Assembly (NCBI GenBank): GCA_016198685.1
Contig: JACQID010000006.1
Location: 128,001 to 192,000, forward strand
Length of the DNA stretch: 64,000 bases
Reading direction: 5' to 3'
From: Candidatus Aenigmatarchaeota archaeon
GTDB lineage: Archaea; Aenigmatarchaeota; Aenigmatarchaeia; GW2011-AR5
In this document: one piece after another, positions 29,340 through 39,085 of the stretch
Position numbering within the stretch: position 1 is the first letter of the stretch
Layout: each line of letters begins with the position of its first letter
Position numbers and translations under genes: made by a program
The notes under the pieces: model-generated
Told to the model about the DNA's origin: nothing
Seen by the model: only the letters and a program-made list of their open reading frames with translations
Database searches by the model: none

Positions 29340-30035
29340 TCAAATTATCCCCAAGAGCTTGACTTCCTTCAACTTGTCTTCTTTGATCTCGAATTCAACG
29401 CTTTTGCTTTCCGCCACCGAACGGTGTTTGCGGATGATGGCCAGCCGATGACCGGCGGCTTCGGTTTTCTTTATCTCAATGAGCGCCTTTGACCAGTACT
29501 TGCTTATTGTGCGCGATGTCATCTCAATTTTCTCCCCTTCCTTTCCGTCCCCGCGAATCCCGTAGACGTGGTTGGTGACTATGACCGGAATCTTTAGGGT
29601 CCTTGCGATGCGTGACAGCACCGAGTACTGTGTTGCAAGTTGGCGGTTTATGGCTTGGAAATTATCGTCGTCAAGTTCCAACCTATAGAGCGAAACTATA
29701 GAATCCACAACTATGAGGCCGATGCTCTTCTTCTCCATGCTTTTATCAAGGCGCAGAATCTCGGCGTGCTGCTGTTTCCACGAAGTGGGTTCTACAAAAG
29801 ATACGTTTTTCAGCAGCTCTTCGGTGCCGCCAAGTTGGAAATATCTGTCAAGGGAGAACGAGCCTTCGGTGTCGATATATACGACATGCTTGCTATCCTT
29901 CGCGGCCTGTATCGCAGCGCATATTGCAATATTCGTCTTGCCCACGCCTGCCGGGCCGTATAAGTTCGTTATGGCGTCGTCCTCTATGCCACCGTCCAGT
30001 ATCTTGTCAAGCGGCGTATTTGTGGCTATTTTCAT
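29340..30035 (-). CDS. radB: DNA repair and recombination protein RadB
   Basis: LDGGIEDDAITNLYGPAGVGKTN, YIDTEG, IVVDS, KYWSK. Confidence 0.95.
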   Translation of the reverse strand: MKIATNTPLDKILDGGIEDDAITNLYGPAGVGKTNIAICAAIQAAKDSKHVVYIDTEGSFSLDRYFQLGGTEELLKNVSFVEPTSWKQQHAEILRLDKSMEKKSIGLIVVDSIVSLYRLELDDDNFQAINRQLATQYSVLSRIARTLKIPVIVTNHVYGIRGDGKEGEKIEMTSRTISKYWSKALIEIKKTEAAGHRLAIIRKHRSVAESKSVEFEIKEDKLKEVKLLGII

Positions 30036-30134
30036 AGTTATTTTATCGGACGAAAGGATAAAACAGCGGCGTATAAATTAGCATTCTTCGTTATACTAAT
30101 GATTTAAATAATTTAGCATTACGTATAATGCTAA

Positions 30135-30488
30135 ATGGCCATACGGATAGAAATCCGGAAGAGCGGCGGCGAATGCATCATAATAAGCTTCCATACAAAT
30201 CCGGAGCGCTTCTCATCGGATTACGAGAGAATAGCGTTCTTCCGCAAGCTTCACGGCTGGAAGCAGACCGTGCCGAGGAACGGGAAGAATTACGAGTACA
30301 GGCGTAACGGCCTGCTGGACAGCGTTCCGCACGAGAAGATAGCGGATTCAGTTTTCCTTGTGGCTAAGGAACACATGAGAATTATGGAGGAATTCTTCCG
30401 TGAATGGGAAGAAAAAGTTGATTATGATATTATGGATGTCGTGCTGAAGGCCAGAAGACAGGGCCATAATAAACGGTCAAATATATAA
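30135..30488 (+). CDS. hypothetical protein, possibly with a Cas2/VapD-like ferredoxin fold
   Basis: N-terminal beta strand IIISF, helix [11 protein letters not shown] and KIADSVFLV resembling the RxQxSVF strand. Confidence 0.55.
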   Translation: MAIRIEIRKSGGECIIISFHTNPERFSSDYERIAFFRKLHGWKQTVPRNGKNYEYRRNGLLDSVPHEKIADSVFLVAKEHMRIMEEFFREWEEKVDYDIMDVVLKARRQGHNKRSNI

Positions 30489-30507
30489 GTTTGGGAGGGG
30501 AATAGTT

Positions 30508-32775
30508 ATGATGGAAGAAGTTATTCTTAATGTAGGCGAATTGACTGAAAGAGCAGACTTTGGCCGAGGCATCGTGAGAATTCCCTCCAAAGAGATGAAA
30601 AGGCTAGGAATAAACGAAGGAGACGTTTTAGAAATCGAGGGAAAGCGAAAAACGGGCGCTATAGCGGTTCGCGCTTATCCTGCAGATGTAGGATTGGACA
30701 TAATAAGAATGGACGGCCTTGAAAGGAGGAATTGCGCCGCAGGAATAGGGGAGTCGGTCAAAGTCAGACGCTGCGAAATCAAGGAAGCCAAGGCCGTTAC
30801 GATAGCTCCGGCGAGAAAAGGAATCATAATCCATATGGGTGGCAATCTTCTCAAGCAGAATCTTCTCATGCGGCCTGTTCTTACGGGTGACATCATAATA
30901 CCGAATCCTGTGGTTCAGGACAGAAGATCACAGAATTCATTGTTTGAACAATTCTTCGGCATGGATTTCGGGGATTTCATGTTCACGCCTTTCGGGGACG
31001 AAAAATTCGTTGTGGTAAGCAGCGAACCGAAAGGCATCGTAAGAATAACGCGCGCAACTGACGTGGAACTCTTGCCTCAGGCAACCGCGCCTGTCGAAGA
31101 AGGCAAGATACCAGAAGTCACATATGAGGATTTGGGCGGCCTGCACGAGGAAGTCAAGAAAGTAAGGGAAATGATAGAGCTTCCGCTAAAGCATCCTGAG
31201 CTCTTTGAGCGTCTCGGAATAGAGCCGCCAAAAGGCATACTACTGCACGGCCCGCCCGGTACAGGCAAGACGCTGCTTGCAAAAGCCGTAGCTAACGAGA
31301 GCGGTGCCAAGTTCTTTGTCATAAACGGACCTGAAGTCATGAGCAAATTCTATGGTGAATCGGAAGAGAATATACGTAAGGTCTTTGAGCAGGCTGAGAA
31401 GAATGCGCCAAGCATAATCTTTATCGATGAGATAGATGCCATAGCGCCGAAGCGCGAGGAAGTGCGCGGTGAAGTTGAGAAACGCGTAGTGTCGCAAATG
31501 CTCACGCTAATGGACGGGCTGAAATCAAGAGGCAAGATAATCGTCATAGGCGCAACAAATATACCGAATGCGCTTGATCCGGCATTAAGAAGGCCGGGCC
31601 GCTTTGATCGGGAGATAGAGATAGGCATACCCAACAAAGAAGGAAGAAGAGAGATATTGCAGATACACACAAGGGGCATGCCGCTTTCCAAAGACGTCAA
31701 CGTAGAAAATATAGCGTCTATAACCCACGGTTATGTAGGCGCGGACATACAGGCGCTCTGCAAGGAAGCTGCAATGCATGCATTAAGACGGGTGCTTCCT
31801 GATATCACATCAATAAAGGAAGATAAGCCAATAGATCCGGAGATAATAAAGAAGCTCACGGTAACGGATGAAGACTTCAATTATGCTCTTAAGATGGTGG
31901 GACCTTCGGCAATGCGCGAGGTTCTGATAGAAGCTCCGAATGTGAAATGGACCGACATAGGAGGCCTTGAGTATGTCAAGCAGTCATTGATAGAAGCTGT
32001 TGAATGGCCCATGAAGTTCCCTGAATCATTTAAGCGCTTGGGAATACGCCCGCCGACAGGAATACTGCTTTATGGCCCGCCCGGATGCGGAAAAACGCTG
32101 CTTGCAAAGGCCGTAGCAAGCGAGAGTGGGGCCAACTTCATCTCAATAAAAGGACCGGAATTGCTTTCCATGTGGGTGGGCGAATCCGAACGGCACATAC
32201 GTGATGTCTTCCGCCGTGCAAAGCAGGTATCCCCAAGCGTAATATTCTTTGATGAAATAGATGCGCTTGTGCCAAGACGCGGTTCCGCAGGAGATACGCA
32301 GGCCACGGAGCGTGTAGTATCGCAATTGCTCACGGAAATCTCCGGATTGGAAGACCTGCATGATGTAGTGGTACTGGCCGCAACCAATAGGCCTGACATA
32401 GTGGATCCTGCCTTATTGAGACCCGGAAGATTTGACAGGCAGATACTTGTGACCACGCCCGATGAAAAGGCAAGGCTGCAGATATTGAAAGTCCATACGA
32501 AAGACATGCCGCTTACAAAGGATGTATCCCTTGAAAGGCTGGCAAAAGAGACGGAAGGATTCTCCGGCGCGGATCTTGAGGCTTACGTCAGGGAAGCTGC
32601 AATGAATGCCATGAGAAAGGACATAGATTCCAAGGAAGTCACCAGAAAAGACTTTGAATCCGTATACAAGGAAATGAAGCCTTCTGTCAGCGAAGACATG
32701 AACAAGTATTACGAGAACACGATGAAGAAAAAGAAGCAGCAGAAGATGGAAGAAGATGTCATTTACACGGGCTGA
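30508..32775 (+). CDS. cdc48: CDC48/VCP AAA ATPase
   Basis: Two AAA modules ([30 protein letters not shown]). Confidence 0.98.
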   Translation: MMEEVILNVGELTERADFGRGIVRIPSKEMKRLGINEGDVLEIEGKRKTGAIAVRAYPADVGLDIIRMDGLERRNCAAGIGESVKVRRCEIKEAKAVTIAPARKGIIIHMGGNLLKQNLLMRPVLTGDIIIPNPVVQDRRSQNSLFEQFFGMDFGDFMFTPFGDEKFVVVSSEPKGIVRITRATDVELLPQATAPVEEGKIPEVTYEDLGGLHEEVKKVREMIELPLKHPELFERLGIEPPKGILLHGPPGTGKTLLAKAVANESGAKFFVINGPEVMSKFYGESEENIRKVFEQAEKNAPSIIFIDEIDAIAPKREEVRGEVEKRVVSQMLTLMDGLKSRGKIIVIGATNIPNALDPALRRPGRFDREIEIGIPNKEGRREILQIHTRGMPLSKDVNVENIASITHGYVGADIQALCKEAAMHALRRVLPDITSIKEDKPIDPEIIKKLTVTDEDFNYALKMVGPSAMREVLIEAPNVKWTDIGGLEYVKQSLIEAVEWPMKFPESFKRLGIRPPTGILLYGPPGCGKTLLAKAVASESGANFISIKGPELLSMWVGESERHIRDVFRRAKQVSPSVIFFDEIDALVPRRGSAGDTQATERVVSQLLTEISGLEDLHDVVVLAATNRPDIVDPALLRPGRFDRQILVTTPDEKARLQILKVHTKDMPLTKDVSLERLAKETEGFSGADLEAYVREAAMNAMRKDIDSKEVTRKDFESVYKEMKPSVSEDMNKYYENTMKKKKQQKMEEDVIYTG

Positions 32776-32895
32776 TTTTTTTATTTCAGGACTTTTTCCA
32801 TTAAAATATCGCCCGTCTCTCTAAACGTGTTCTTTTTATGAAATTTTATAGCCAGGGAATTTCTGTGCGCAAGCATGTACAAATGCGTCACGCCA

Positions 32896-33585
32896 CTATT
32901 CAATTTTATCGTGTTTTTTCAAATTACATTTAGCACAAAGAATTCTAACGTTTTTTTCAGTAATACTACTTCCACCCTTAGAAAATGGCAAATCGTGATC
33001 ATAATGTAAATTTTTGGTGGAATCGCAAAGAACGCATGTACCTTTGTCTCTTTTCCAAACTGCAATTTTAACACCTGTCGGTATAAGTCTATTGTGTTCC
33101 TCAACATCTTTTCCTTTAGGTATTTCAATATGCTCATCAACAGGCTCAAGTATAAATTTTATAACTTTTCTACTATTTGAAATTCTTGTTTCATAATTAA
33201 TCAGGGAAAATAATCCTTTCTCCGACCAAATTCCAGAATTTAATTTTTCAAAAACAAGTATTTTTTCAGGAGAAATCAACCCTTTTTTATAATCCTCAAC
33301 AGCTTTCACAAATTTGCCATTTTCTGTCAATGTTCCATTATCAGTCCATATTGGTTGATCAATTTTCTTTGGTTCAGGATTCTGTTTGGATTTTGGAACA
33401 TCGTGTCCTTCATAAATTAATAAATTTTTAACCATGTCTATTTCATCATCGTAGGGAGCACCCGGTCTAACAGACATTAAAATAACAGAAATTCCTTTTT
33501 TGATATGAAAATTCATTCCTCTTTGAATAGTATTTAGATGAATCTTGTTGCACATTTCACGATAAGATAAAATTTCATCTTTCAT
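32896..33585 (-). CDS. HNH endonuclease with an SRA/PUA-like N-terminal domain
   Basis: C-terminal CVLC...HYDHDLPFSKGGS...NVRILCAKCN..K; N-terminal IYEGHD and VFEKLNSGIWSEKGLFSL. Visibly AT-rich. Confidence 0.85.
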   Translation of the reverse strand: MKDEILSYREMCNKIHLNTIQRGMNFHIKKGISVILMSVRPGAPYDDEIDMVKNLLIYEGHDVPKSKQNPEPKKIDQPIWTDNGTLTENGKFVKAVEDYKKGLISPEKILVFEKLNSGIWSEKGLFSLINYETRISNSRKVIKFILEPVDEHIEIPKGKDVEEHNRLIPTGVKIAVWKRDKGTCVLCDSTKNLHYDHDLPFSKGGSSITEKNVRILCAKCNLKKHDKIE

Positions 33586-33780
33586 ATAATCATTAATTTA
33601 TCTGAAGTTTATTAATATTTCTAAATGGGCGTCCGGTTAATTATAGGCATAGATCCGTACGAATATGAATGGAAAAGAGACAACGTGAAGATGATACGTT
33701 GCGATGCAACAGATTACGATCGCGTGGCTTTACTATTATGCAGAATACATCCTCCTGATTCATAGTAGCTGTAAATCGGT

Positions 33781-34314
33781 TTACTTGTGATACTCCTTCC
33801 AGACTTCAACAAACTTCTCAAAGTTTGTAAGAATCTGGCGGCCTTCCATGCCGAGTTCCGGATTGAAGCAGACCACAAAGAATGGGTTCTCGGCTTCCTG
33901 AAGGATTTCATATTCATAGGCTTTTGATGATGCTATGACGTTGAAGTTCTCAGGTACTGACGAGAATCCGAAGTTGGAAGCTTTGCCGGCTATGAAATTC
34001 TTTTTCATATCGAGCGTTAACGGGCAGGGTTTCTTTATCAAGACAGTTTCAGTCTTGCCGAATTTCATCGGGGTTACTTCGGCTTCGTAAGCCGCGCCAA
34101 TGAAGAGTCCGCCTGTGCCTATTCCCAAAACAGGAACTTCGGATTTGTCGAGAATATCGAGATTGGCTTCCATGTTTTTAGGGTCGCCATCAGAGAGTAT
34201 GTAGCCGCCGGCCTTGGCTTTCAGCGCCTCGGCAGGTTTCATAATGATGTTTTTCGATTTTAGAAAGCGCGAAATTTCCTGTGCGCCTGAGCCGTTGTCA
34301 ACTATCACTATCAT
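33781..34314 (-). CDS. class I glutamine amidotransferase-like protein lacking the catalytic triad
   Basis: IVIVDNGS, ILSDG, PVLGIGTGG (Cys replaced), CFNPE (His replaced). Confidence 0.75.
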   Translation of the reverse strand: MIVIVDNGSGAQEISRFLKSKNIIMKPAEALKAKAGGYILSDGDPKNMEANLDILDKSEVPVLGIGTGGLFIGAAYEAEVTPMKFGKTETVLIKKPCPLTLDMKKNFIAGKASNFGFSSVPENFNVIASSKAYEYEILQEAENPFFVVCFNPELGMEGRQILTNFEKFVEVWKEYHK

Positions 34315-34365
34315 ATTCCCACTGATTTTATTTCATGAACAACCTTTTTATATTAAATTTATTTC

Positions 34366-35244
34366 TCATAAAGTCGTTACCAATGGTTCAGCGCCCACAA
34401 TTAGCGTGTGTTCATGCTGGCTGACCATCCCGGTTTCTCTAAGAGGCGGATACTCATATAAAATTCCTTTTTCTTTGAGCTCGCGCAGAGAGAGTCTGGT
34501 CTTGAATAATGAATCAAAAGGCAGCCATCTTTCTGCAAACGGAAGACCGCCAAACTTATCCGCAAACTCCATGGCTTTGCGTGCGTCCATGTTGCGTATG
34601 GGCTTCTTGCCGGTAAGCATGTATATGAGAACAGGCGATGATTCTTTGACGAAGCCGCGGCCGTCTGTTGCAAATGGTTCTATGGCAATTGCCTGCCCTT
34701 CCTTGAGACTCACGTTACCTGTTACTGCTATGTTAGGTATCTGGGGTGATGCGTGCAGGAAATATCTGTCAAGGCCATGGCCGGTAAGATTTGAGACGGG
34801 CTTGTATCCGCATGATTTTATTGTCTCTTCTATCTTAGTTGATATTTCTGAGACCTTTACGCCCGGCTTCACAATTTTTATGGCTTCTTCGAGAGCAAGG
34901 CGGGATGCATCGGAAAGCTTCTGTAGCTCAGGAGAAAATGCCACGGTTTTTGCCGTATCAGCAACGTAGCCGTCTACATGAACGCCTATATCTATCTTGA
35001 GTATAGAATTTTCAGGTATTGCGGTTGTATCGTTCTTGTATGGAGTATAATGTGCAGCTATTTCGTTTAGGGAAAGATTGGCCGGGAATGCAGGCTCACC
35101 GCCAAGCTTTCGCGTTTCGGTTTCTATGAACTCAGCAAGGTCAAGAAGCTTCACGCCTGGTTTTGCTTTCTTTGCTGCTGCGTCTCGTACATGCGAAGCT
35201 ATCTTTCCGGCTTTGATATATTTTTCCTTTACGTCAGAATCCAT
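34366..35244 (-). CDS. map: methionine aminopeptidase type II
   Basis: AAHYTP, KIDIGVHVDGYVADTA, NLTGHG, AIEPFAT, SQHEHT. Confidence 0.97.
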   Translation of the reverse strand: MDSDVKEKYIKAGKIASHVRDAAAKKAKPGVKLLDLAEFIETETRKLGGEPAFPANLSLNEIAAHYTPYKNDTTAIPENSILKIDIGVHVDGYVADTAKTVAFSPELQKLSDASRLALEEAIKIVKPGVKVSEISTKIEETIKSCGYKPVSNLTGHGLDRYFLHASPQIPNIAVTGNVSLKEGQAIAIEPFATDGRGFVKESSPVLIYMLTGKKPIRNMDARKAMEFADKFGGLPFAERWLPFDSLFKTRLSLRELKEKGILYEYPPLRETGMVSQHEHTLIVGAEPLVTTL

Positions 35245-35317
35245 GGAGTTAGTTGATGGGTAAAGCTTAAAAAATGCGGCTTATCAGCTTTAAAAAAATT
35301 ATTTCAGATGTAAGATT

Positions 35318-35998
35318 ATGTTTGACAGGGACCATGGCATAATAATATCTTGCGACATTTCGTCAAAACAAAAACTAAAGCAGCTTGTTGCATCAACATG
35401 TTTCATAGATGGAATAGTAGGGTACAAACTTGGTTTTGTCTTGGGCCTAGAACTCGGGCTTCTCAATGCAATGGACGTCATCAGGGATGAGTGCGAGTTG
35501 CCGGTGATATATGATCATCAGAAAGCAGCTAACGACATACCCGGCATGGGCATAAAATTCGCTGAGGTGATGAAAGCCGCACGAATGGATTCTGCCATTC
35601 TTTTCCCTTTTACAGGAATTGAAGCCGAGAAAAGTTGGATAGCCGCGCTTCAGAAAAACGGCATCATGCCCATGGTCGGCGGAGAGATGACGCATCCGGG
35701 ATTTTTCGATTATATTAAACAGGACGCTCCGGAAAAAATATATTCAGTTGCAGCATCGATGGGAGTGGGCTTTTTTGTCGTTCCGGGAACAAAACCGGAG
35801 AGAATAAAGGAAATAAGTCAAATGTTTCCAGAAAAGAAGTTCTGTTTTCCGGGCATAGGAACGCAGGGCGGGGACCTTGCGAAGGCATTTGAAAGCGCGC
35901 CTGGGTCTTCCTATGCCATAATAGGCTCAGCAATCTACGACGCAAAGAACCCTTCAGAAAGCGCAAGGGCGTTTGCGAGCATAGCAAAGAGGTTCTGA
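35318..35998 (+). CDS. pyrF: orotidine 5'-phosphate decarboxylase
   Basis: GYKLG, IYDHQKAANDIP, PGIGTQGG, IIGSAIY. Confidence 0.92.
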   Translation: MFDRDHGIIISCDISSKQKLKQLVASTCFIDGIVGYKLGFVLGLELGLLNAMDVIRDECELPVIYDHQKAANDIPGMGIKFAEVMKAARMDSAILFPFTGIEAEKSWIAALQKNGIMPMVGGEMTHPGFFDYIKQDAPEKIYSVAASMGVGFFVVPGTKPERIKEISQMFPEKKFCFPGIGTQGGDLAKAFESAPGSSYAIIGSAIYDAKNPSESARAFASIAKRF

Positions 35999-35999
35999 T

Positions 36000-36707
36000 A
36001 TGGACAAAAAAGATTTCCTGCAATTGTTACTAGAAAAAGGAGCCATGCGCATGGCCCAATATGAAAAAGACTTTTTCGTATTCAAAAGCGGCAGGCGCTC
36101 GCCGAACATGATAAACCTGCGCGGAATGACAGACGGCGAATCGTTGGAGGGACTGAAGAAAGCGTATGCCGATCAAATCAAACAGCTTCTTGACGAAGGC
36201 AAGATAGAGGACTTTGATTTTATATTCGGACCTGCGTATGCTGGGATAAGCCTTGCCTGCCTTGCGTGCGAAGGGCTCTACGAGCTTCATGGCATGAACA
36301 AACGCTACCTTTACGACAGGAAAGAAAGCAAGGGATACGGCGACAAAGCAATGGATGATGCCATAGTCGGCGCGGGCCATTTCACACCCGGCGCGAAGAT
36401 ATTGATGATCGATGACGTCATAACTACAGGCAGCACAAAGACAGATGCAATGAAAAAACTGGAAACGCTTGGTGAGCACAAAATTGTCGGGCTTGTTCTG
36501 GCCGTCGACAGGCAGGAGAAGCTTGGGGATGCGGAACGCGCCGAGGAAAAAAGCGCCACAGAGCGACTGGAAGACGCAGGCATCAAGGTATTTCCGATAT
36601 TAACGATGAAGGATATTTTCAGCATCATAAACGAATATCTTACCCTTCAGGACAAGATAAACTGGATCGAATATTACAGGAAATACGGGGCGGTAAAGCT
36701 TGGCTGA
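36000..36707 (+). CDS. pyrE: orotate phosphoribosyltransferase
   Basis: FKSGRRSP, FGPAYAGI, RKESKGYG, MIDDVITTG, VDRQE. Confidence 0.95.
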   Translation: MDKKDFLQLLLEKGAMRMAQYEKDFFVFKSGRRSPNMINLRGMTDGESLEGLKKAYADQIKQLLDEGKIEDFDFIFGPAYAGISLACLACEGLYELHGMNKRYLYDRKESKGYGDKAMDDAIVGAGHFTPGAKILMIDDVITTGSTKTDAMKKLETLGEHKIVGLVLAVDRQEKLGDAERAEEKSATERLEDAGIKVFPILTMKDIFSIINEYLTLQDKINWIEYYRKYGAVKLG

Positions 36708-37623
36708 TCTTTCCGTGAAAATGGCCGGCATGGATTTTCGTTCCTGTATATTCAACGCAGCAGGACCTAAAGATGTCACGCTGAAGGAACTCGAAACAAT
36801 AGGCGCATCGCGTTCTGCCGCCATAACCATGAAATCGTGCACAAAGGAGCCGCGGCAAGGCAACGAGGAGCCGCGATATTACGCGCTTGACATGGGTTCT
36901 ATAAATTCCATGGGATTGCCCAATCTTGGGTACAAGGAATACGTGAAGTTTCCTTCTTTGCTGAAGAGTTTTGGCAAACCTGTAATAGCAAGCGTTTCAG
37001 GACTATGCCTCGAAGATAATATACAGATATTGGAAGCATTCAATGATTCGGAAGTTTCGGCAATCGAATTGAATCTTTCATGCCCCAACATCAAGGGAAA
37101 GCCGCAGATAGGGTATGATTTTGCCCAGATGGACGAGGTGCTTAAGGAGGCTCTGAGAATATCTAAAAAGCCCATGGGAGTGAAGCTTCCGCCATATTTC
37201 GATTTCATACATTTTGAAGAAGCTTCAGGCATACTTAAGAGACGGAAGCCTGCGTTTGTCAGTTGCATCAATTCAATAGGCAATGCGCTTGTGATAGATG
37301 CGGAGAAAGAAGCTCCTGTCATAAAGCCGAAGGGCGGATTCGGGGGATTAGGAGGCGCGTATATAAAATACACGGCTCTTGCAAATGTAAGGAAGTTTTA
37401 TGAAATGATTGAGATGCCCATCATAGGAGTAGGCGGCATTTCCTCAGGGAAAGACGCATTCGAGTTCATACTGGCAGGTGCATCAGCTGTGCAAATAGGC
37501 ACGGCATTCATGGAGGAAGGACCAATGATTTTTGGAAGAGTTCATGATGAATTAGCTTCGTTCATGGCAAGAAAAGGTTATACGCGCCTTGATGATTTTC
37601 GCGGCAGACTCAAGCAGGCATAA
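36700..37623 (+). CDS. pyrD: dihydroorotate dehydrogenase, class 1A
   Basis: GNEEPRY, SINSMGLPNLG, ELNLSCPN, VKLPPYFD, IKPKGGFGGLGG. Confidence 0.95.
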   Translation: MADLSVKMAGMDFRSCIFNAAGPKDVTLKELETIGASRSAAITMKSCTKEPRQGNEEPRYYALDMGSINSMGLPNLGYKEYVKFPSLLKSFGKPVIASVSGLCLEDNIQILEAFNDSEVSAIELNLSCPNIKGKPQIGYDFAQMDEVLKEALRISKKPMGVKLPPYFDFIHFEEASGILKRRKPAFVSCINSIGNALVIDAEKEAPVIKPKGGFGGLGGAYIKYTALANVRKFYEMIEMPIIGVGGISSGKDAFEFILAGASAVQIGTAFMEEGPMIFGRVHDELASFMARKGYTRLDDFRGRLKQA

Positions 37624-37720
37624 TATGGAATATGATAGGGTCATACTTTGACTATGCAATCGCAAGAAACTATTAGCATAGGGCAAGCAGGCATGAATAT
37701 GGAATATGATAGGGTCATAC
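37611..37720 (+). repeat. 36/37-nt direct repeat flanking a 37-nt insert at the pyrD-pyrC junction
   Basis: CAAGCAGGCATAATATGGAATATGATAGGGTCATAC at 37611-37646 and the same with one extra G at 37684-37720; unique insert 37647-37683. Confidence 0.95.
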
Positions 37721-38874
37721 ACGGAAGGATAGTCGATCCTGTAACCGGCGTTCAGGAAGCTTACATAGGCATAAATGGAGGAATAATCCGGAAGGTTTCA
37801 GGCAAGGAATTGCGTTCTCCTGACATTACCACGATATTGCAGGATCATTATATTTTTCCGGCATTCATAGACCCGCACGTTCATTTGCGCGAGCCCGGAT
37901 GGGAGCACAAGGAAGATTTTCTTACAGGCAGCGAGGCTGCGCTCAATGGAGGAGTTCATACGGTGCTTGACATGCCCAACCTTCCCGAACCGGTGACAAC
38001 GCCTGAAAGATTGCTGAAGAAAATCACGCTTTCCCGGAAAGCGAAAGTGGACGTGCGCCACTTCGCAGGGATTGGCAAGCTTGATCTTATACGGGAAAAC
38101 GCAAGGCTTGCCATAGGATACAAAATTTACACTGCCAAAAGCACAGGCGGCATGATGCTTGACTGGGAAAATGCCGAGAAAGCATGCCGCTTGATTGCGG
38201 CCACAGGCAAGCCTGTGACATTTCACTGCGAGGACGAGATGCTTTTTACCCAAAATGAATTTCATGGCGATGCGCGGCCCCCTGAATCCGAGGTTTCCGC
38301 GATAGTGAAAGCGGCTGATTTGATAAGAAAAACCCACATAAACGGAAATATAGCTCATGTATCGACAAAAGAAGGGCTGGCGGCTGCTAGGGAACACCAG
38401 CTTATGCATGAGATAACGCCTCATCATCTCTATTTCAACAGGGAAAGCGCAGCAGGCCCGTTGTTTAAAGTGAATCCGCCTTTGCGTAGCCGGGCTGACA
38501 ATGCAGCTTTACTGGATTCTGTACGTCATGGAGAATGCATGCTGGCAACAGATCATGCGCCTCATACTATTGCAGAGAAACTTTCATCCAATCCGCCCTC
38601 AGGGATGCCGGGATTGGATACTTACGGCAATTTTGTTCTATGGCTGCTGCGAGCAAAATATGTCAGCCCGTCTGCTGTTGCCAAGATAACGAGCTATAAT
38701 GCCTCTAAATTTTTCAGCATAGCCGGCGGGCGCATAGCAGAAGGTTTTCCTGCAAAGTTCACTGTTCTTGGAACAGAAGGCGAAAGTATCATAAGAAATG
38801 CAGACATGAAGACGAAATGCGGCTGGACTCCGTTTGATGGAGTCACGTTCCCTGGAAAAATAATACGCCTTTAG
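37699..38874 (+). CDS. pyrC: dihydroorotase
   Basis: IDPHVHLREPG, DMPN, FHCED, AHVST, EITPHHL, KVNPPLR, TDHAPH. In-frame upstream starts at 37654 and 37693 are possible. Confidence 0.96.
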   Translation: MEYDRVIHGRIVDPVTGVQEAYIGINGGIIRKVSGKELRSPDITTILQDHYIFPAFIDPHVHLREPGWEHKEDFLTGSEAALNGGVHTVLDMPNLPEPVTTPERLLKKITLSRKAKVDVRHFAGIGKLDLIRENARLAIGYKIYTAKSTGGMMLDWENAEKACRLIAATGKPVTFHCEDEMLFTQNEFHGDARPPESEVSAIVKAADLIRKTHINGNIAHVSTKEGLAAAREHQLMHEITPHHLYFNRESAAGPLFKVNPPLRSRADNAALLDSVRHGECMLATDHAPHTIAEKLSSNPPSGMPGLDTYGNFVLWLLRAKYVSPSAVAKITSYNASKFFSIAGGRIAEGFPAKFTVLGTEGESIIRNADMKTKCGWTPFDGVTFPGKIIRL

Positions 38875-39026
38875 CCGAATTTTCCAAGGATGGTATCCAA
38901 TTCATCCAGTACTATAACAAGAATGAGTGCCAGTATGTTGAAAGGCACGTTATGCACAGCAACAACGTATAAATATACAAGTGTGCCTGTAGGGAGATTT
39001 TTCACAAAACCCGAAATGATGCCCAT
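38871..39026 (-). CDS. small membrane protein (51 aa)
   Basis: MGIISGFVKNLPTGTLVYLYVVAVHNVPFNILALILVIVLDELDTILGKFG*; fills the gap, two hydrophobic segments. Confidence 0.45.
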   Translation of the reverse strand: MGIISGFVKNLPTGTLVYLYVVAVHNVPFNILALILVIVLDELDTILGKFG

Positions 39027-39085
39027 TATATCACATTGATATATGCAAGTGTCTTTAAATTTTATTGAAGAGAGTAAAAAATGAC

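Noticed and set aside
33625-33765. 46-aa ORF resembling a methyltransferase fragment (IIGIDP...IRCDATD)
   Set aside because: Too short, with no motif I; cannot be distinguished from chance.
37625-37720. pyrC 5' duplication as a spliceable BHB intron
   Set aside because: The self-complementary ATAT registers lack an adjacent inner helix, and pyrC is intact from the second ATG anyway.
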